In this document: positions 27,001 to 41,699 of the stretch, piece after piece | Position numbering within the stretch: position 1 is the stretch's first letter | Layout of the letters: every line of letters starts with the position of its first letter | Source: Octopus vulgaris | Taxonomy: Eukaryota | Direction of reading: 5' to 3' | NCBI GenBank assembly: GCA_951406725.2 | Contig: OX597816.1 | Location: forward strand, 95,418,001 to 95,482,000 | DNA: 64,000 nt | Notes under the pieces: generated by a model | Database searches by the model: none | Seen by the model: the letters and a program-made list of their open reading frames with translations, nothing else | What the model was told of the DNA's origin: nothing | Position numbers and translations under genes: made by a program

Positions 27001-27001
<1 letters not shown>

Positions 27002-28110
27002 AAGCAATGCAGTTAATCAACATAATTTTGCCATTTTATCGGTAGGTTTATGCCGGCAGCGAAGACTTCTGGAGAGCAAGAGGTGATGAAATTACGAAAT
27101 GCTGTTTTTGCATCCTCTTCAGATCTGAATTATTTTCCTTGCAAAATGTTAGAAAAGGTGATAGTCAATTGGTGTAAGGTCTGGTGAATATGGTGGATGA
27201 CAGTGTACTTCCAAGTTCAGTTCCTGTAACTTGAGTAGCGTTCTTCGTGCAATATGCGGTCGATCATTTTCATGTAAGAGAATTGGCTTATATCTATTGA
27301 CCAATTTCGGTTGCTTAATTGCAAATTCACTCATCATTCCATCCAGTTGGTTGATGTATACATCCGCTGTAATTGACTTACTAGGTCTCATGAAGCTATA
27401 GTGGATGACACCAGCACTGGACCACCAAACAGACACCATTAGCGTTTTTTGGTGAATACTCTTTTTTGAATTGTGTTTTGGCACTTCGTCTCTATCTAGC
27501 CACTGAGCAGAACACTTCTTATTGTTGAAAAGAATCCATTTTTCATCACACGTAACAATACTATGCAAAAATGGTTCACTTTTATGCCGTCACCGCAAAG
27601 AACAGCAAGTATCAAGACGACGTATCATTTGATGCTCGTTCAGTTCGTGTGGTACCCACTTGTCCAGCTTCTTTACCCTGCTGGTTAGATTTTGCAATTG
27701 AAATGTCATATCTTGCTGCTAACTCGCGCGTAGTTTGAGATGTATCCGTTTTCACTATCACAGGGCTGATTTTCAAGAGTAAAGTCACCACCCCGGAATT
27801 TCTCAAACATCGACATACAGTGTGCTCATCCACCACATCTTCACCAAAGATTTGAGCTGTCTTGGATGCACTGGTTCAAAAACAGAATTGATATTCATAA
27901 ACAACACGAATTGCTTTATCTATCCATGGGTTCACAAAAGTTGATTTACAAGAGAAAACTCACAATATGATCAGACACCATAAATTGCATTTCGAAACGT
28001 GATAATATAACTCTTCAATACACTGAAACAAATAATTATCAGGTTAACGCATTAGTGTTAACGACTGTCAAACTTGGTGCATAAGAAAATCGGACATTTT
28101 ATTCGTAATG

Positions 28111-28117
<7 letters not shown>
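27001..28117 (-). mobile_element. Mariner (DD34D) transposon, degenerate
   Basis: IVTCDEKWILFNN, MVSVWWSSAGVIHY, LLHENDRPH and HPPYSPDLTPIDYHLF. A candidate 5' TIR (taaggtcattacgaataaaatgtccg on the minus strand) abuts (TA)n at ~28116. The other TIR is not visible. Confidence 0.88.
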
Positions 28118-28159
<42 letters not shown>

Positions 28160-28210
28160 GCGCGCACGTGTGTGTGTGTGTGTGTAGCGAGAGAGAAATA
28201 AATATATACA

Positions 28211-28279
<69 letters not shown>

Positions 28280-28823
28280 CTAGTGCTCCATTCTTATTTG
28301 TTATCTTTAAACATTTATACCTATATACGTGCTCTGGCACTAATGTTCTCTCAAATTGGTCTTAAGTTATATTTATGAAAGTTGAATTGTCTTTATAAGG
28401 AATATTGCCAGTATTTTTTTAACGGTGGCGGTTGTGGTAGGAACGGACATTTGATTAAATCAACTTAAGAATATTGATTTATACTGTTATCAAGAGCCAC
28501 ACATTTTTTAAAGAAAAGATATATTATTTTGAATCGACTATACCATAGTATGACATTCTAAAGAACAGTCAAACTCGGTAGCATTTGAGCCTAAAAATGT
28601 ATAAAAATAAATCTAACAACACAAGGTATATTTTCAGCATTCTATTAATTTTGCTTCTCCACCCCACTCTAATTGGAATGTATCATTGGTCTTCACTCTC
28701 TCCACATGTGGTAGATAAATGAATTAAGGTCAACCACGGTAATGATAAAACTAAATACTTCAATGCATTTGCTAGGTCTCGTAGTATCACATCTATCTCC
28801 ATTAACAAGTACGAGAAATTTAC

Positions 28824-28871
<48 letters not shown>

Positions 28872-30113
28872 ACACTAGAAATAGTATATGTACGAGTCAA
28901 AAGTATCGATGACAATCAAAGGATCGTTGTTTATGTAAGCTAGTCTACAGTCAAGTCACTTTCACGCTAACCAAGTCTACCCAACTATAATCTTTTATAT
29001 CACCTTTTAAAGCAGCAATTACAAGACCGACGAGCGTTTACCAATTAGCTTGACAGAGTTCAATTTCTTTAATGGGTGGGACTGATATTTGTGTTTGTCA
29101 CCGGGTTCATATATTCATTTGAAGGTTTGATAAACCGTTAGGGGATATTGCTGTTCTTTAAAAGATTGAGTTAATGAATTGATCCTCTCGAAACAGATCA
29201 GTCTTCAGGAAAGAATACATCACAAGCATTACAATCAGAAACAGTGGGATACATTCTTCCCCCTAAGATATTCATGGCATAAAGAAAATCTAAGTGATTT
29301 TGTTTCAATAGGCGCGTTCTGAACTTGGCTTCTGGATAGAATAGTAATAGCATTCATTGAAAATATCAATGGTTTTGTTCTAATAAAAGCGCAACTTTAA
29401 GATTTAGAGGGAGAAAACTATGTATAGTATATTAAATTACCCATTTCATTGACCATGTTGGGTTATAAGCAATATATTTTAATTTCAACATAAGAAACTG
29501 AAGGACGGCCTAACTGTTCTAAAATCATCGCCTCCTTCTGAATATGTATGGATTTCTTTTCCTATAACATGAAATGTTTTTAGAGGAAGAAGAAATCTTT
29601 TGCCAATTGGATCGATCTTAATAAATCATTAGCATTTATCTTTTCGAATTTTGAAGAATAAGAGGGGAATATCCAGAATACATGGAAAGAATGATAGTTT
29701 GAGCCGGTAACAATAAATATATTGGAAAATTTCATAAATTCAGTTTTTAGGAAAATGGTAAATCTTCATAAACTGCGTTGTAGTTTAAACTGAAAATTTA
29801 AGAAAATCTAACCTAAAGGCATTTTATCTGATATTTTGTCTGTCTTTGTCGTTATCATTATCTGTTCCAGATGTAATATATGTTTTTCTAATGATTGAAC
29901 AGTGAATAGTTTTATCATAATGGTGTGTATTATCAAACCTTGAGGAAAAGCTATGGTTCCAATGCAGCTTAAACAAAATGAAATACAATCAAACAAAAAG
30001 AAAAATCTCATCCGATATTCTCTATTTCACTCTATCAGTACCTGTTCTTTGAAGCAATAACATCCGACCAATTTCCGATAATCCCTTTGACATGGATAAC
30101 AGTAGCATCAGTA

Positions 30114-30203
30114 TTCTCTTTTACTCTCTTTTACTTGTTTCAGTCATTTGACTGCGGCCATGCTAGAGCACTGCCTTTAGAGACACAAACATATACACAC
30201 ACA

Positions 30204-30247
<44 letters not shown>

Positions 30248-30421
30248 TACATATATACGACAGGCTTCTTTCAGTTTCTGTCTACCAAATCCACTTACAA
30301 GGCTTTGGTCGGCCCGAGGCTATAGTAGAAGACACTTGCCCAAGGTGCCACGCAGTGAGGATGAACCCGGAAACATGTGGTTGGTAAGCAAGCTACTTAC
30401 CACACAGCCACTCCTGCGCCT
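30114..30421 (-). mobile_element. SINE family A, complete head, ~130-bp internal deletion
   Basis: Head aggcgcaggagtggctgtgtggtaag...ccgggttcatcc. The sequence jumps from gcactgcctttag straight to agacacaaac. Confidence 0.88.
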
Positions 30422-31689
30422 ATAAGTATAGTGAACTTATACAAATCAAGAATCAAAATGAAATCTCATGTGCGACTCGCAGGAATGTACCAATACGGAA
30501 AGACATTTTGTAAAGAACAAGTAAAGAGCAATAACCTTCATCTGTCTTTATGATTCATATTGTGGCTTGGTAAAGTGTTACGAAACGAGTGGGGTATAGT
30601 AATGTATGTAAATACGCTTAAGATACATGGATGTTAGGAAAATGTTTGAACTTTTTAATCTGTAATCAATAGAGATGTGCATATATTAATTTTCACTTTA
30701 GAGTCTCCATAAGATTTCTGTACATTTGCTATTTGAGTTTTTCTACTGCACAAAGATTGATTATTCTTATTGCTACGGTGTATATTATCAAAGTTCGCAC
30801 GTGCCTATTCCCAGTTCCAGCATATCAAGACACTTCCAAGTCACGTCAAACATATTTCATGCCATTTGATATTGAAAATTGATTTCTGTGTTTCCCTCTT
30901 TATCAATTTCATTAAATAACAATTCAAAATAAGGCACTTTTTATCGAACATTTTAATATTTAATTCCAAAATAACACGATCTTATTAATTTATTTATGTA
31001 TTTATTCCTTTATTTACTTATTTCTTTATTTGATTATGTTTTTTGTATATTTATTTTAATTCATACTTAAAAACTAGTAAAGTTTGTTGGAGGCACAATG
31101 GATATCAGAATGTATCATTCTTCCTTTTCCTTCACTTATAAATGAAACGTCATGTCTTCAACATTTATTGCATTAATGCAATATTGCTGTTTTAACTGTT
31201 GTTATCATTGCTCTTAGTGCTATGAACACCTATTGTTATTACTGTTTGTAACAGTACCAGTATGTCTGTCATTACTTGTTCTCTATAGCAGTATATATCA
31301 TGGACGTATTTATTTGCGGCAACGTGACCTAAACAAAACAAAGGCAAACGAATAAAAGATTATCAATAATACAAATGTAAACAACAACGACAACAACAAC
31401 AAACGAACAAACAAACTAGGATAATAATTGAAATTTATATTTTTTTAATTGCCTCTAGAGATCTATGCTCTCTTCACAGACAGTCATTACCAGGAACATT
31501 TAACCACTTTAACCTCATTTCCCCCAAAACTTTACTGTTAATACAATTATCGTTTCTCTAAAATAATACACACACACACATATACATATAATATATACGT
31601 GTGTGTGTTTGTTAGTGTGTGTATGTGCGTGAGTGTGTCTGAGTATAGAAAGTTATGCATGGATACATATCTCACAAGACAGAGGACCT

Positions 31690-32300
31690 GCGTAAATATA
31701 TTACACCTCACCTCGAAAGCTATGACTTTGTAATTCAGGACTGGGAGATAGCAACTAAATCGGTAAGAGAGATAATAATGTCTCTAAATCTAATTGTAAA
31801 AAAAAATGTGGATTCTACCAACTGTTAAATAATGTTCGCACGATACTGTCTTCCTACATAACAAGACATTGCTGATAATCCATCTACAATGGTATACATA
31901 GGAAGTATAGTCCTGAGGGTCATGCCAACGGCACAGCAGTATTTGTACCAGAAGGTATTCACATATTTTAAAATAATGACTACTTGTGGATCATATCAAT
32001 AAAACAATAATATTCCAATAAAACACAAATAAAATGGTGGAAGCATAATAGACCATATATTGTTGTATGTATCAGGGAGCAAAAGTCACGGGATGTTATT
32101 GACTCCAGCAACATGAATGTGAATGTCGCTTCAAAGTTTTTGGGGGAAATAAAATCTGAGGAGGAATAATGGGAAACTTACAGGCTATAGATGTTCATTT
32201 TACCCCCACCACTACAGGTGCACAGGGCTGCATAGCAACTGGTTTGTATAGAAGCCTAGAAATGCTCGATTTCTTCAAGAAAAAATAAAGCGAGCAGATT
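31690..32300 (+). mobile_element. Degenerate R4/Dong-like LINE fragment
   Basis: TPHLESYDFVIQDWEIATK resembles the EG.I.AIQDQ.I.T motif upstream of the R4/Dong zinc finger. The rest is heavily decayed, with possibly more at ~32800-33050. Confidence 0.35.
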
Positions 32301-33259
32301 CACAGATTCAAATAAAATCGATTAGCTATATCGTGAAAAAGTTGATAAAAATTCCCTGAGGTTTCTAGACGTAGCACATACACACGGTAGTCTGTGCATA
32401 TGAAAAACGGACACACAAATAACAATGAAACATACAACTGCACAATAAAATGATATCAAAACCCAATGCGTAAGTGTAAGTTTATCCTCACATACGTAGA
32501 CAGATATGTATAGAAGCATACATATATAACTGTATACTGCAATCCTCCAGCTGTAGTTGAAAGAAGAATGACTGCCTCTGATATTATAAATTTTTCAAAA
32601 CAACAAAAAAAGTCCCTGTCAACTCTCTGTGTTTATGTATATTTTTCACTAAATCTATCCAAAATATATACAATGCTGAGAAAAAAAAACGACTAGATTT
32701 AATCAAACTATTTGATGATACATAGATAAAATTTCGCCAAAAGAAATGTTCATATTCAACAGTTGAATATAGAAATAAAAACTGTTTCCCAAATTCCAAA
32801 CCGATGCATCAATGGTCTCTCTGTGTCCCATGATCCACAAAATTAGTGCTAGGTATTGATGAAACTATGAACTATACCAAATATAGGTCCCAAGAAAAAA
32901 GACATTATGCCAGACTAAAAAAGTATATAACAGTCTGCGCTTCCTTATGAAAGCACGGCAATACTATACCATACATTTGCAGGACAATTACTGATACCAA
33001 CTTGCTGATAAGACATAATACATGGAATCAGAAGCTGCCTAAAATGTCATCCCACTGTGACAAGATGTGACCGCTAAAATCATATATCATTACGAGTAAA
33101 AAGTAAGCAACGTTTTGAACCATGAAGAATTCGTACCGGATTTTTGCAGAGTTTTGAATTGCTTTAAATCATTTTTTTTTCTTTGCAATTGTCTGATAAT
33201 ACAGACATAGACTTGCCCAAATGCATCAATAACTTAACATCTGTTTACAATCATCTAAA

Positions 33260-34172
33260 ATGGGACTCTCAAAGCGTAATATTCGAGCAAGTTTGTTATT
33301 CAACTTCAAGAAAAAAATAAGGACGTAAAGCAACTGAAACTGTTCGCGGAAAAGATCAGTGAGTGATCTGCTCTAAAATGGTTTAAGCGATTTCGCAGCG
33401 GTGACTGGCAAAAGAAATTCAAGTTAGCCAGAAAACTACCTGAAACCATTTGAATGCAATCGGAAAATCAAAAAAATGCTCGACAAATTGGTACCAAACA
33501 ATTTTATTGAAAATCAGAAAATGCGCAGATATGACATTTGCTCTTCGCTTCTTCTCCGTAACCAGACCGATCCATTTCTCGACTGTATTGTAACTTGCGA
33601 GGAAACGTAGATTCTGTACAATAATATAAAAACCTTCTTCGCCGTGGTTGGACCAAAAGGAAGCACCGAAAACCTTCCCTAATCCCGAGCTCTTCAATAA
33701 GAAGGTTATGGTGATTGTTTAGTGGTGTACTGATAAACTCATCCACTATCACTTCTTAAAACCCGGAAAAACCATTACTGCAAAAACACACTGCCGTGAA
33801 ATTGCTAAAATGAACGTAAAAATTATAACTTCTCCGTCTTAGACTGGTCAACAGAAGAGGACCAATCATTCTTTATGACAATGCTCGACCACACGTTTCA
33901 CTAATGACGCCCCAGAAGTTGAGGAACTTGGCCACGATGTTTTTCCCCACCCAGCGTATTCCCCAGACCTTTCTCCTACTGACTACCACTTTTTCAAGCA
34001 CCTTGATGGCTTCCTGCGAGAGAAGGAGTTAAAAAATCAAACCGATGTTGAAAGTGCATTCAAGAAGTTCAGCAGCTCGAGAACTCCAGATTTTTATGTT
34101 ACCGGAATAAACAAATTTGTAACTCGTTGGCAAAAATGTGTTGATTGTAGTAGTAGTTATTTTGATGAATAG
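33260..34172 (+). pseudogene. Mariner transposase pseudogene (Hsmar1/cecropia-like)
   Basis: MGLSKRNIRASLLFNFK, IVTCEET*ILYNN, KKVMVIV*WC, IILYDNARPHVS, HPAYSPDLSPTDYHFFKHL and RWQKCVD...YFDE*, with many stops and frameshifts. Confidence 0.9.
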
Positions 34173-35789
34173 AATTTCCGCATTGTTGAAATATATTGTG
34201 ATGAATTTCTGCTATTTGTAAAATATATAACCATAGAATAAATATAAACAACACCTTTGTTGCTGAATACATGAATATCAACATAGGGAATATTGGTGGA
34301 ACATTCATATGAAAACTTTTACAAACTGAAAACATTATAGACCTAATTTAGTTATTTGAGAGAGAAAAGAAAAAAAAACATTTATCGTTATAGAGGCTAG
34401 ATGCATTGAGGAGGTGAACATCTCACCCAAAATCAGCTAAAGGTGGAATATTAATGTATTAATGAACAACTTCTTCGAAATCTGCAAATCCTCTACCCTA
34501 TATATAAATGCACATTTATACCAATACTTATTATTTATGTTGGTAAACTTCAAGTGACAGTCTGGAGTAGCTAGGGCATAACATTTCTTTGTGTCGCTTC
34601 AAGACGCTTTCATTGTGCTTGTTGTTGTTTAATGACCAGATACAGGATACATGTTGTGCTAGGTTGACTGTAGAGATTTATGGTATGTAGAATACTTTTT
34701 ACGATTTGTTTTTCAGATTTAGCATGGCTAAAAATGAATTCTGGATAGTGAAGAGTTGACGTCTAAATTCTCTGCATTTCTGTCTGCACCGGTTCCTATG
34801 GTACTTTATAGTTGATGTTCGTTGAATACCCCTTTGTTATCTGGGTTGTGGGAAAGAGCAAGATAAGTTTTGTTGTAACATGGGGTAAATAAACTGCAGG
34901 GTTTGACAATATGCTACTAGAATTGTGAACGGGTACCTCGAGTTTGAATTGCATTGGGATACAAAAACGAGAGGGCTATGCTATTAGCTAGTAGCATGTG
35001 TTTCCTATGTGCGTTTCTTCCCGGAATGTGACGGAAAATAGTCACATAGTACACATAATATCTTGTGTAGGGATTAAAGGCAGATTTTGGGATTCCGTTT
35101 TCTTTGTGATGTGGTGTGGTGTGGTGTGTGAAGGAGTTGATTGCTTTGTGGAGGATTTTCAGTTAGATTAATTTGGGCAGTGGCTTTGAGAGCGTGGGTA
35201 GATAGTGAGTTGAAGATGGCGTCATGATTTCTGCGCTAGTTGAATGTTAGCTGGCATAGATTTATATTAAGATGGGGAATGAAAGAGCGAATTTTTCTCT
35301 TTGCTAGTGGAGGTGGTAGTTACAGCACCGGAAGTGATAGATGATTATGAGTGTAGAGCTCTGGTTGCCATTTGTGATGGTTGGGTACATGCAGAAGTAG
35401 AAAGGTAGATAGTGATGAAGTAGTGGAGGTCATTGTTTTGTTGGGGATATCGTAGATTCTTGTCCTTCTTTTTGTTGTTGCTGCTGAACAATAAATGGAA
35501 TTTGACCAAGTGCTATTCAAAAAGATGAAAGACGAAATTTGATCTAGTTGATTTTCAATTTGTTTTGCTGATTGATTATTGAAAATGGGGCGGTTTCTAC
35601 GACAATATCATTGAAACAGGACACATGTGTAGCCCAGATCGGAAGGAGCAGCATCAAGTATTACCTAGAATATCAATCACTCTCCCTGTTCATTTATAGA
35701 AATAGAATTTGTCCACGTTGATCACGGAATTTAAAGTAATATTCGCAGATTGTCTTTCCACTGTTTATTGTTTCCTTCTGAAAAATTTC

Positions 35790-36030
35790 GATGCTAAATT
35801 GATTTTTTTGCGTACCTGAAAGCTATTCTTTTAAGCATATTTTTCTGTGGGAATCAGCGAGAATATTTGTCTGTGGTTCAATAGTAAATATCTGGTAGTT
35901 GATATATTGTTTGATTTCTTATTTGTGAAAAAATGAAGTTGAATGGCTGTTGTTCAATAGTTTTGAGAGTTGTGCAAGTGTGCGTTTGAATATCGGAAAT
36001 TTTGTAGATAAAATATTGCACACTTATCAA
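35790..36030 (-). pseudogene. Possible very degenerate Penelope RT thumb fragment
   Basis: Minus-strand translation PDIYY*TTDK...PQKNMLKRIAFRYAKKI loosely resembles the PLE motif TDIYYKPTD...HP..TK..IPF..A.RI. Confidence 0.3.
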
Positions 36031-36543
36031 AAAGTTGAAAATTTCCAGTTTCGAAATGGAAAATATGCTAAGTATTCAATCAAATGAATCCATCTGCCTT
36101 GCTCTGCTGACCTGCAATGCTACAGTAAGAAAAAAAACCGAACAAATGATACAGCAAGTTCAGTATTCCGTATATTCAGTAAATGTTTTGTACGTTTAGA
36201 AATGGAAGGCGAGAGCTTGACTTAGGACCTGTGTGTGTGTGTGCGCGCGCGCGCACACAAACACACTCTATTTCTCTCTCCATCCCTCTCTCTCGCACAC
36301 TCACAATTTGTTGAACACTGATGAAGTGTAGACAACAAGATTATGTAATATTCAACAAATAACTGTGTTATACTGTGAAGATATTTTGCGAAATGCATGT
36401 ATTAATTATAAAGATTAAGGTATCAATTGTTTTCTGTATTTCATTAATACTACATTTATGTGTGTGTGTGTGCGTGTGTATACATGCATACATACATAAA
36501 TACATACATACATACATACATACATACGTACATACATACATAC

Positions 36544-36587
<44 letters not shown>

Positions 36588-36766
36588 ATAATTGATAATA
36601 TCAGGGTAACAAAGATTTTAGTAATTTTTTACTACCAGTGGACTAGCGTGTACTACCAGTGGCAGAGTGGCTGCAGTCTAATGACTGAAATAAGCAAACA
36701 AATCAAAGAATAAACGCACAACACGCATATAGATGGTTTCACTCTCTCACTCTCTCTCTTCCTCTT

Positions 36767-36806
<40 letters not shown>

Positions 36807-37468
36807 CCTCTCTCTCTTTCTCTCCCAAACACACACAGTCGTATAAATTTGGACACAATAATGACCGGAAACTGAAAATAACCCTAGTCGGCTTTGTCAA
36901 TCAGAACACAGATACGAAATGAGATACAGCAAATGTAACTAGATAGATATAGTGATATATGAGTTCACCTCTACAGACTTTGCATTTGTCAGATTAGCGT
37001 ATTTAATCATATAGCATAGCAAACATGTTTGAGAAGCTTTTAAATTTTCTTCTCTCTCGCATAAAGAAAATAAACGACTACAATATATTTCAACCTACCA
37101 TATTAATAATATTTCTTTAAGAGCCTGTTAAATACTGGCAGAGAAAACATACGTATATATATATATATATCATATTCTCAAAATATAATAAAAAATGTAA
37201 TGGGATAATAAATCTAACAACAAGATATAAGAAAATTACAGGATATTTGAATACATATTTAAAAAATAATAAGACTTTAAATGTTTTGTAAGCTGTAGTG
37301 AAATAATTTAGGTTTCGATAATATAATACTAGTATTAGAAATTTTTACATCATTAAAAAATAAAACCTGCAAAATGATTTACTCCGAAAACAAAAAGTTG
37401 GGTGCCAGGCGCCAAATTTTCAGACAATAAAGAAAAATATACTGAAGAAATCTAACGCAATTTACTGT

Positions 37469-37527
<59 letters not shown>

Positions 37528-37789
37528 CAGTATTATGCAATCTTGTATTATAGAAATTAAAATATTATGATGTCTATAATGATGAATGATGAGGCCAGGA
37601 AAGAAATGCAACTCAGAATCAGACAAAGATATGAGAAATTAAAATAATAACATTGAAAATACATATAATTTATTATATATTTATAATATAATTTACTGGA
37701 ATCTGAAAGTTTAGAAATCATTGCTCCAAGTTTCTTGTTGACGATTTTTGTTCGGTTGTGAAAATAGAACATAGAATCCGATGTCTATC

Positions 37790-38600
37790 TGCTGTCAACA
37801 GCCGCTAAAGGCTGCGCAGTCATAGTCTGAGGTTGAAGTATCTCTGGCTCTAGCTGGATGTTTGCGGGTGTGGTCTCCGTTCGTTGGTGAGGTATTTCCC
37901 AGGTTCACCTCTTTTAGTGAACTGGAATGCTGGATAAGGACTAGACCAAGGCTGAGATCTTGGAAAGTAGAGTGTCGACAGGCGGTCGTGCATCTCTCAC
38001 GAATGAGCAATGTCGGCGGAGGGGGTACCACGTCGGCGTAATATAGAGAGCTTGTAGAGAGCAAGTGCGATGACGACCTGGGAGAAACTCTAGGTTTCGA
38101 TGAAAGCCAGTTTGCCAACCTGCATCGAAGGGCTTTCAGCCCGGGACCTATGGACAACTTCCAGAGGTCCTTGGCTTGGCTGTACTTCCGAAGTGCCTTG
38201 CCAGTTTGGGATCTCGCCTACGTGTCCACGTTGCGTGTAGAGCAACGAAACTGTTTTACATGCTATTGTAGAGAGCCTGAGTCTGACGGTCCTGTGGGTC
38301 TCTACAGAACAGGAACTATCACAACTGGAGAGAGTACAGCTGTTAGCCGAATCGATTATTAATATCGATCCACCGTCTCCTCTAAAAGCAGAAGGAAAAT
38401 TCTGCTTTCTAGCCGTAATAGTTACAGCGAAAGTGGTATCTCATCAGGCACCATCGTTTCCGGGCATGCTTTGAGTAACCTCTTTTTATATCACCTAAGA
38501 GGGAAAGCATGGCTGGAGAATAAATGCCTGACGGCAAAAAAGTACGATAAGAAATGAAAGAAAGTAACCAGAATGATAGCGCCTAATTAATCGGAGTAAA
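37790..38600 (+). mobile_element. L1/Tx1-clade LINE ORF2 3' fragment (zf-RVT region), degenerate
   Basis: GC-richer block. PGPMDNFQRSLAW...ALPV.D, then after a frameshift TCPRCV*SNETVLHAIV...LW, the CxxC..ET..H zinc finger of L1/Tx1 ORF2. Confidence 0.75.
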
Positions 38601-39026
38601 GAAAAGGGCGAAGTAAACAGTTCAACGCAAGAATGTGGTTGGTGGGTTGAAACCCATTCGGCCTCCATTTATTGATTGTTTTACATCGTCATCCGAAATT
38701 ATAATGTATTTATTCATATATATAATATAATTCGATAAGTCCCCTACCCCATTTGTCCCTTGTATTGTCCCCTTTTTGTTTAACCCATGTGGTTTCAATA
38801 AAATCATTTGGCCTATTCCACAGTTCCTGTGTTCATAATTCAAAGTTGGAGTTCAAAGTTTACAGATTGAGTTAGCGTGTTGGATTGTTAGTTCTTAAAA
38901 GACTGCTGTTACATTCCGTTTGGTTACTGCTGTTTGATTCGATTATATTGTCATTACACTGTTACAGTGCATTCGTTTACTCATAATGATGTAACATATA
39001 TGTGTATACATACATACATACATACA

Positions 39027-39113
<87 letters not shown>

Positions 39114-39429
39114 GTGTATATATGTGCGTATTGAAACTTTCTACGCTATGAGGCATCAACGTCCTGAGAATGTCGGTTCCATCCCTATTATGTAAGCCAC
39201 CGCTTGTTTAAGATGGTAAAACATTTTCGGTTGTAAAATAATTTCATCCAGACTTGGCTTAAATATTTTTTGCTAAAAACATCTGTTTTGTCATTCATTT
39301 TATTTATAAATCTTTACAAGGCTATATATATATATATGTTTAAATAATGATATATTTAAAAGTCATACTAAATGTGTTTTGTGCCTGTTTCTTTTTTCAT
39401 CCATCTACTGGGCTAGTATATATATATTA

Positions 39430-41686
39430 TCTATTTAAACGGCAGTTTGTCTGTCTGTGAGTCTGTCAGGTTGTACCCTCACCCCGACCACGGCTTTCAA
39501 CCGATTCTGATGAAACTTGACACACACATAGCCCAATGTCATAATTCAAAACTAACAGAGCGAAAATTTTGAAATGTTCCCCCAGTTCTGAATAAATCGA
39601 TAAATTCGAGAATCTAAGCTTTTTATATGCAACACATTTTCTGTTGTAGTTTTCGCAACTTGCAATCTATTTTCACCAAACACATGGTGAAGCTTAATGT
39701 TACCCTACGAAACTTAATTCTGACGTTAGTTTTCCATGCAATACCTTACCATCAGAAAAAATCGATAAAATCATGCCATTTTGGGAAATCGCGTTCAAAT
39801 TCAAGATGACATATTTTCGACAATATCTTTAACAAATTAGCAGGAATTTTTTAAAAATTCACAGCGAGCATCATGTCTGCTCCAAGGAGCTATATGACCC
39901 TTTTTATTCCAATAGGATACTTTATTACTGGAAAAAATCGGTTAATTAAATCATATGTGGCACACATAGCAAACCGATTTGTGTATTAAACACAAACCAC
40001 AGACTGTTTAGGAGACGCAACTCGACCTTCTTTAGCTCTCTTACTCCCCCAAATAACTATCAAATAGTTATCGATAATTCAACCCACAGGAGGAAATCTA
40101 GACTTAATCTTCAAGGTATCCCACATACAAACCAAAGATTACATCGAAACCTTCAGACTAACCTACGTTTTGGTGAACCAATTCCGACCAGGAAGAAATT
40201 ACATTCGAGACTTTACCCCCAACACCGCCACTTCAAGCAGTCAATGCTCTGGTGGCAAAGTGGACCTGCCACCCGTACGGGAACCACCTCAACCGCTGAA
40301 GGATCTCGCGGCGGGTTTAACCCTCGAATCGTCACAATTCCTTGTAATCATTCGAAAGTACAACTGCTCATTACAAATGACCTCTTTCGGGGCCAAAATT
40401 CCTCCTAGAGAAGGCTGGATGCCTACTTTCAAAGTGCAGGGTCAGGTCTTTCCTCTAAATCTACTTCATTGCCGACTACAACCAGCAGGTTGATGCACGC
40501 CTTGGAATAATACCGGGTACATGCTATGTTCCCCGCAGAGACGTTCTTCTCCGTCTCCAAACCATGCTTCATGATATCAACAGCTACGTCCGCAGCTTCA
40601 GGTATGCCTTGGACAGTGCTCCGTCTCCAGACTTCACCGTTGTCATTGATGCTGATAAACGACCCCACGGGGAGCACGAACGCCGTTTCAACGCACCTGC
40701 GTGCAACGAAATTGCCGCAGTCATACACGGAGAGCAACACAACAGCCGTGACATAATCATCTCCTCCCGTGGTAATAGCCTACGCAGGATCAGCGAGACT
40801 CACAGATCTTATGACGCGCTTCAGTATCCATTGCTTTTCCCTTATGGGGAAGACGGCTACCACTTCGGAATTCCTTTACGGCAACCCTCCAATAAAACTA
40901 TTGCGGCATCAAAGACGGTTTCCTGCAGGACGTTCTGCTCATACCGGTTCATGGTCAGGGAGGGTGAGTTAAACTTATAGCCCCGTTGTCGTCAGCTATT
41001 CAACCAGTTCATCGTCGACATGGCCGCCAAAATGGAATCGGAAAGGCTGCTATACATTAAACTTAATGAGACCAAAATTCGCTCCGACTCCTACATTCAT
41101 CTCCGTGACGGCTTGCAACAAGAAAATGACCCTTGCAACATCGGCAAGCCATGCATTCAACCCTCCACCTTCACGGGAGGACCGCGATATATGCGTGAGA
41201 GGACCCAAGACACCTTGACCTACTTCCGCATTTACGGCCGACCGGACCTCTTTATAACCTATACGTGCAATCCCAACTGCAACGAAATCACTCGCGAACT
41301 CCTCCCGGGTCAAGAGCTATTCTTGCACCCAAAAATACAACCGTCAACTCCATCAATATCCAGCTACTTGAAGCTATTCCTGGTGATGTCCACGTCTACA
41401 AATCTATAGATAGGACAGCAGACCCCGCCGAGCTTGCCGATTATCCTCTTGAATTCCTGAATTCACTTGAACCACCAGGCCTGCCGCCACACATCCTGAA
41501 GTTAAAAGTCGGTGCACCCATTATGCTCATCAGGAATTTGGTTCCACCTAAACAGTGCAACGGCACACGTCTGGTTGTGAAACATTTGGCACCACATTTA
41601 ATAACGGCCACAATACTTAGATCGGGATTAGTCGTTGCCTACTAGGGGCTCTTACACACCCAGGCAACGCCGGGCTATGCTGCTAG
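39430..41686 (+). mobile_element. Internally deleted Helitron carrying RepHel fragments
   Basis: 5' A|TC-tatttaaacggcag and 3' hairpin cccaggc-aac-gccggg followed by CTAG|T. Protein blocks IRKYNCSLQMTSFGA..TFKVQGQV, HERRFNAP..NEIAA..SYDALQYPLLFPYGEDG, PSTFTGGPRYM..GRPDLFITYTCNP (Rep motif 1) and RAILAPKN..LNSLEPPGLPPH.LKLKVGAPIMLIRNL..CNGTRL (PIF1 helicase). Confidence 0.95.
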
Positions 41687-41699
41687 TATATATATAAAT

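Noticed and set aside
34600-35520. Strand-biased G/T-rich block, possibly an L1-like 3' region on the minus strand
   Set aside because: Only a weak CxxC hint, which is not enough to call.
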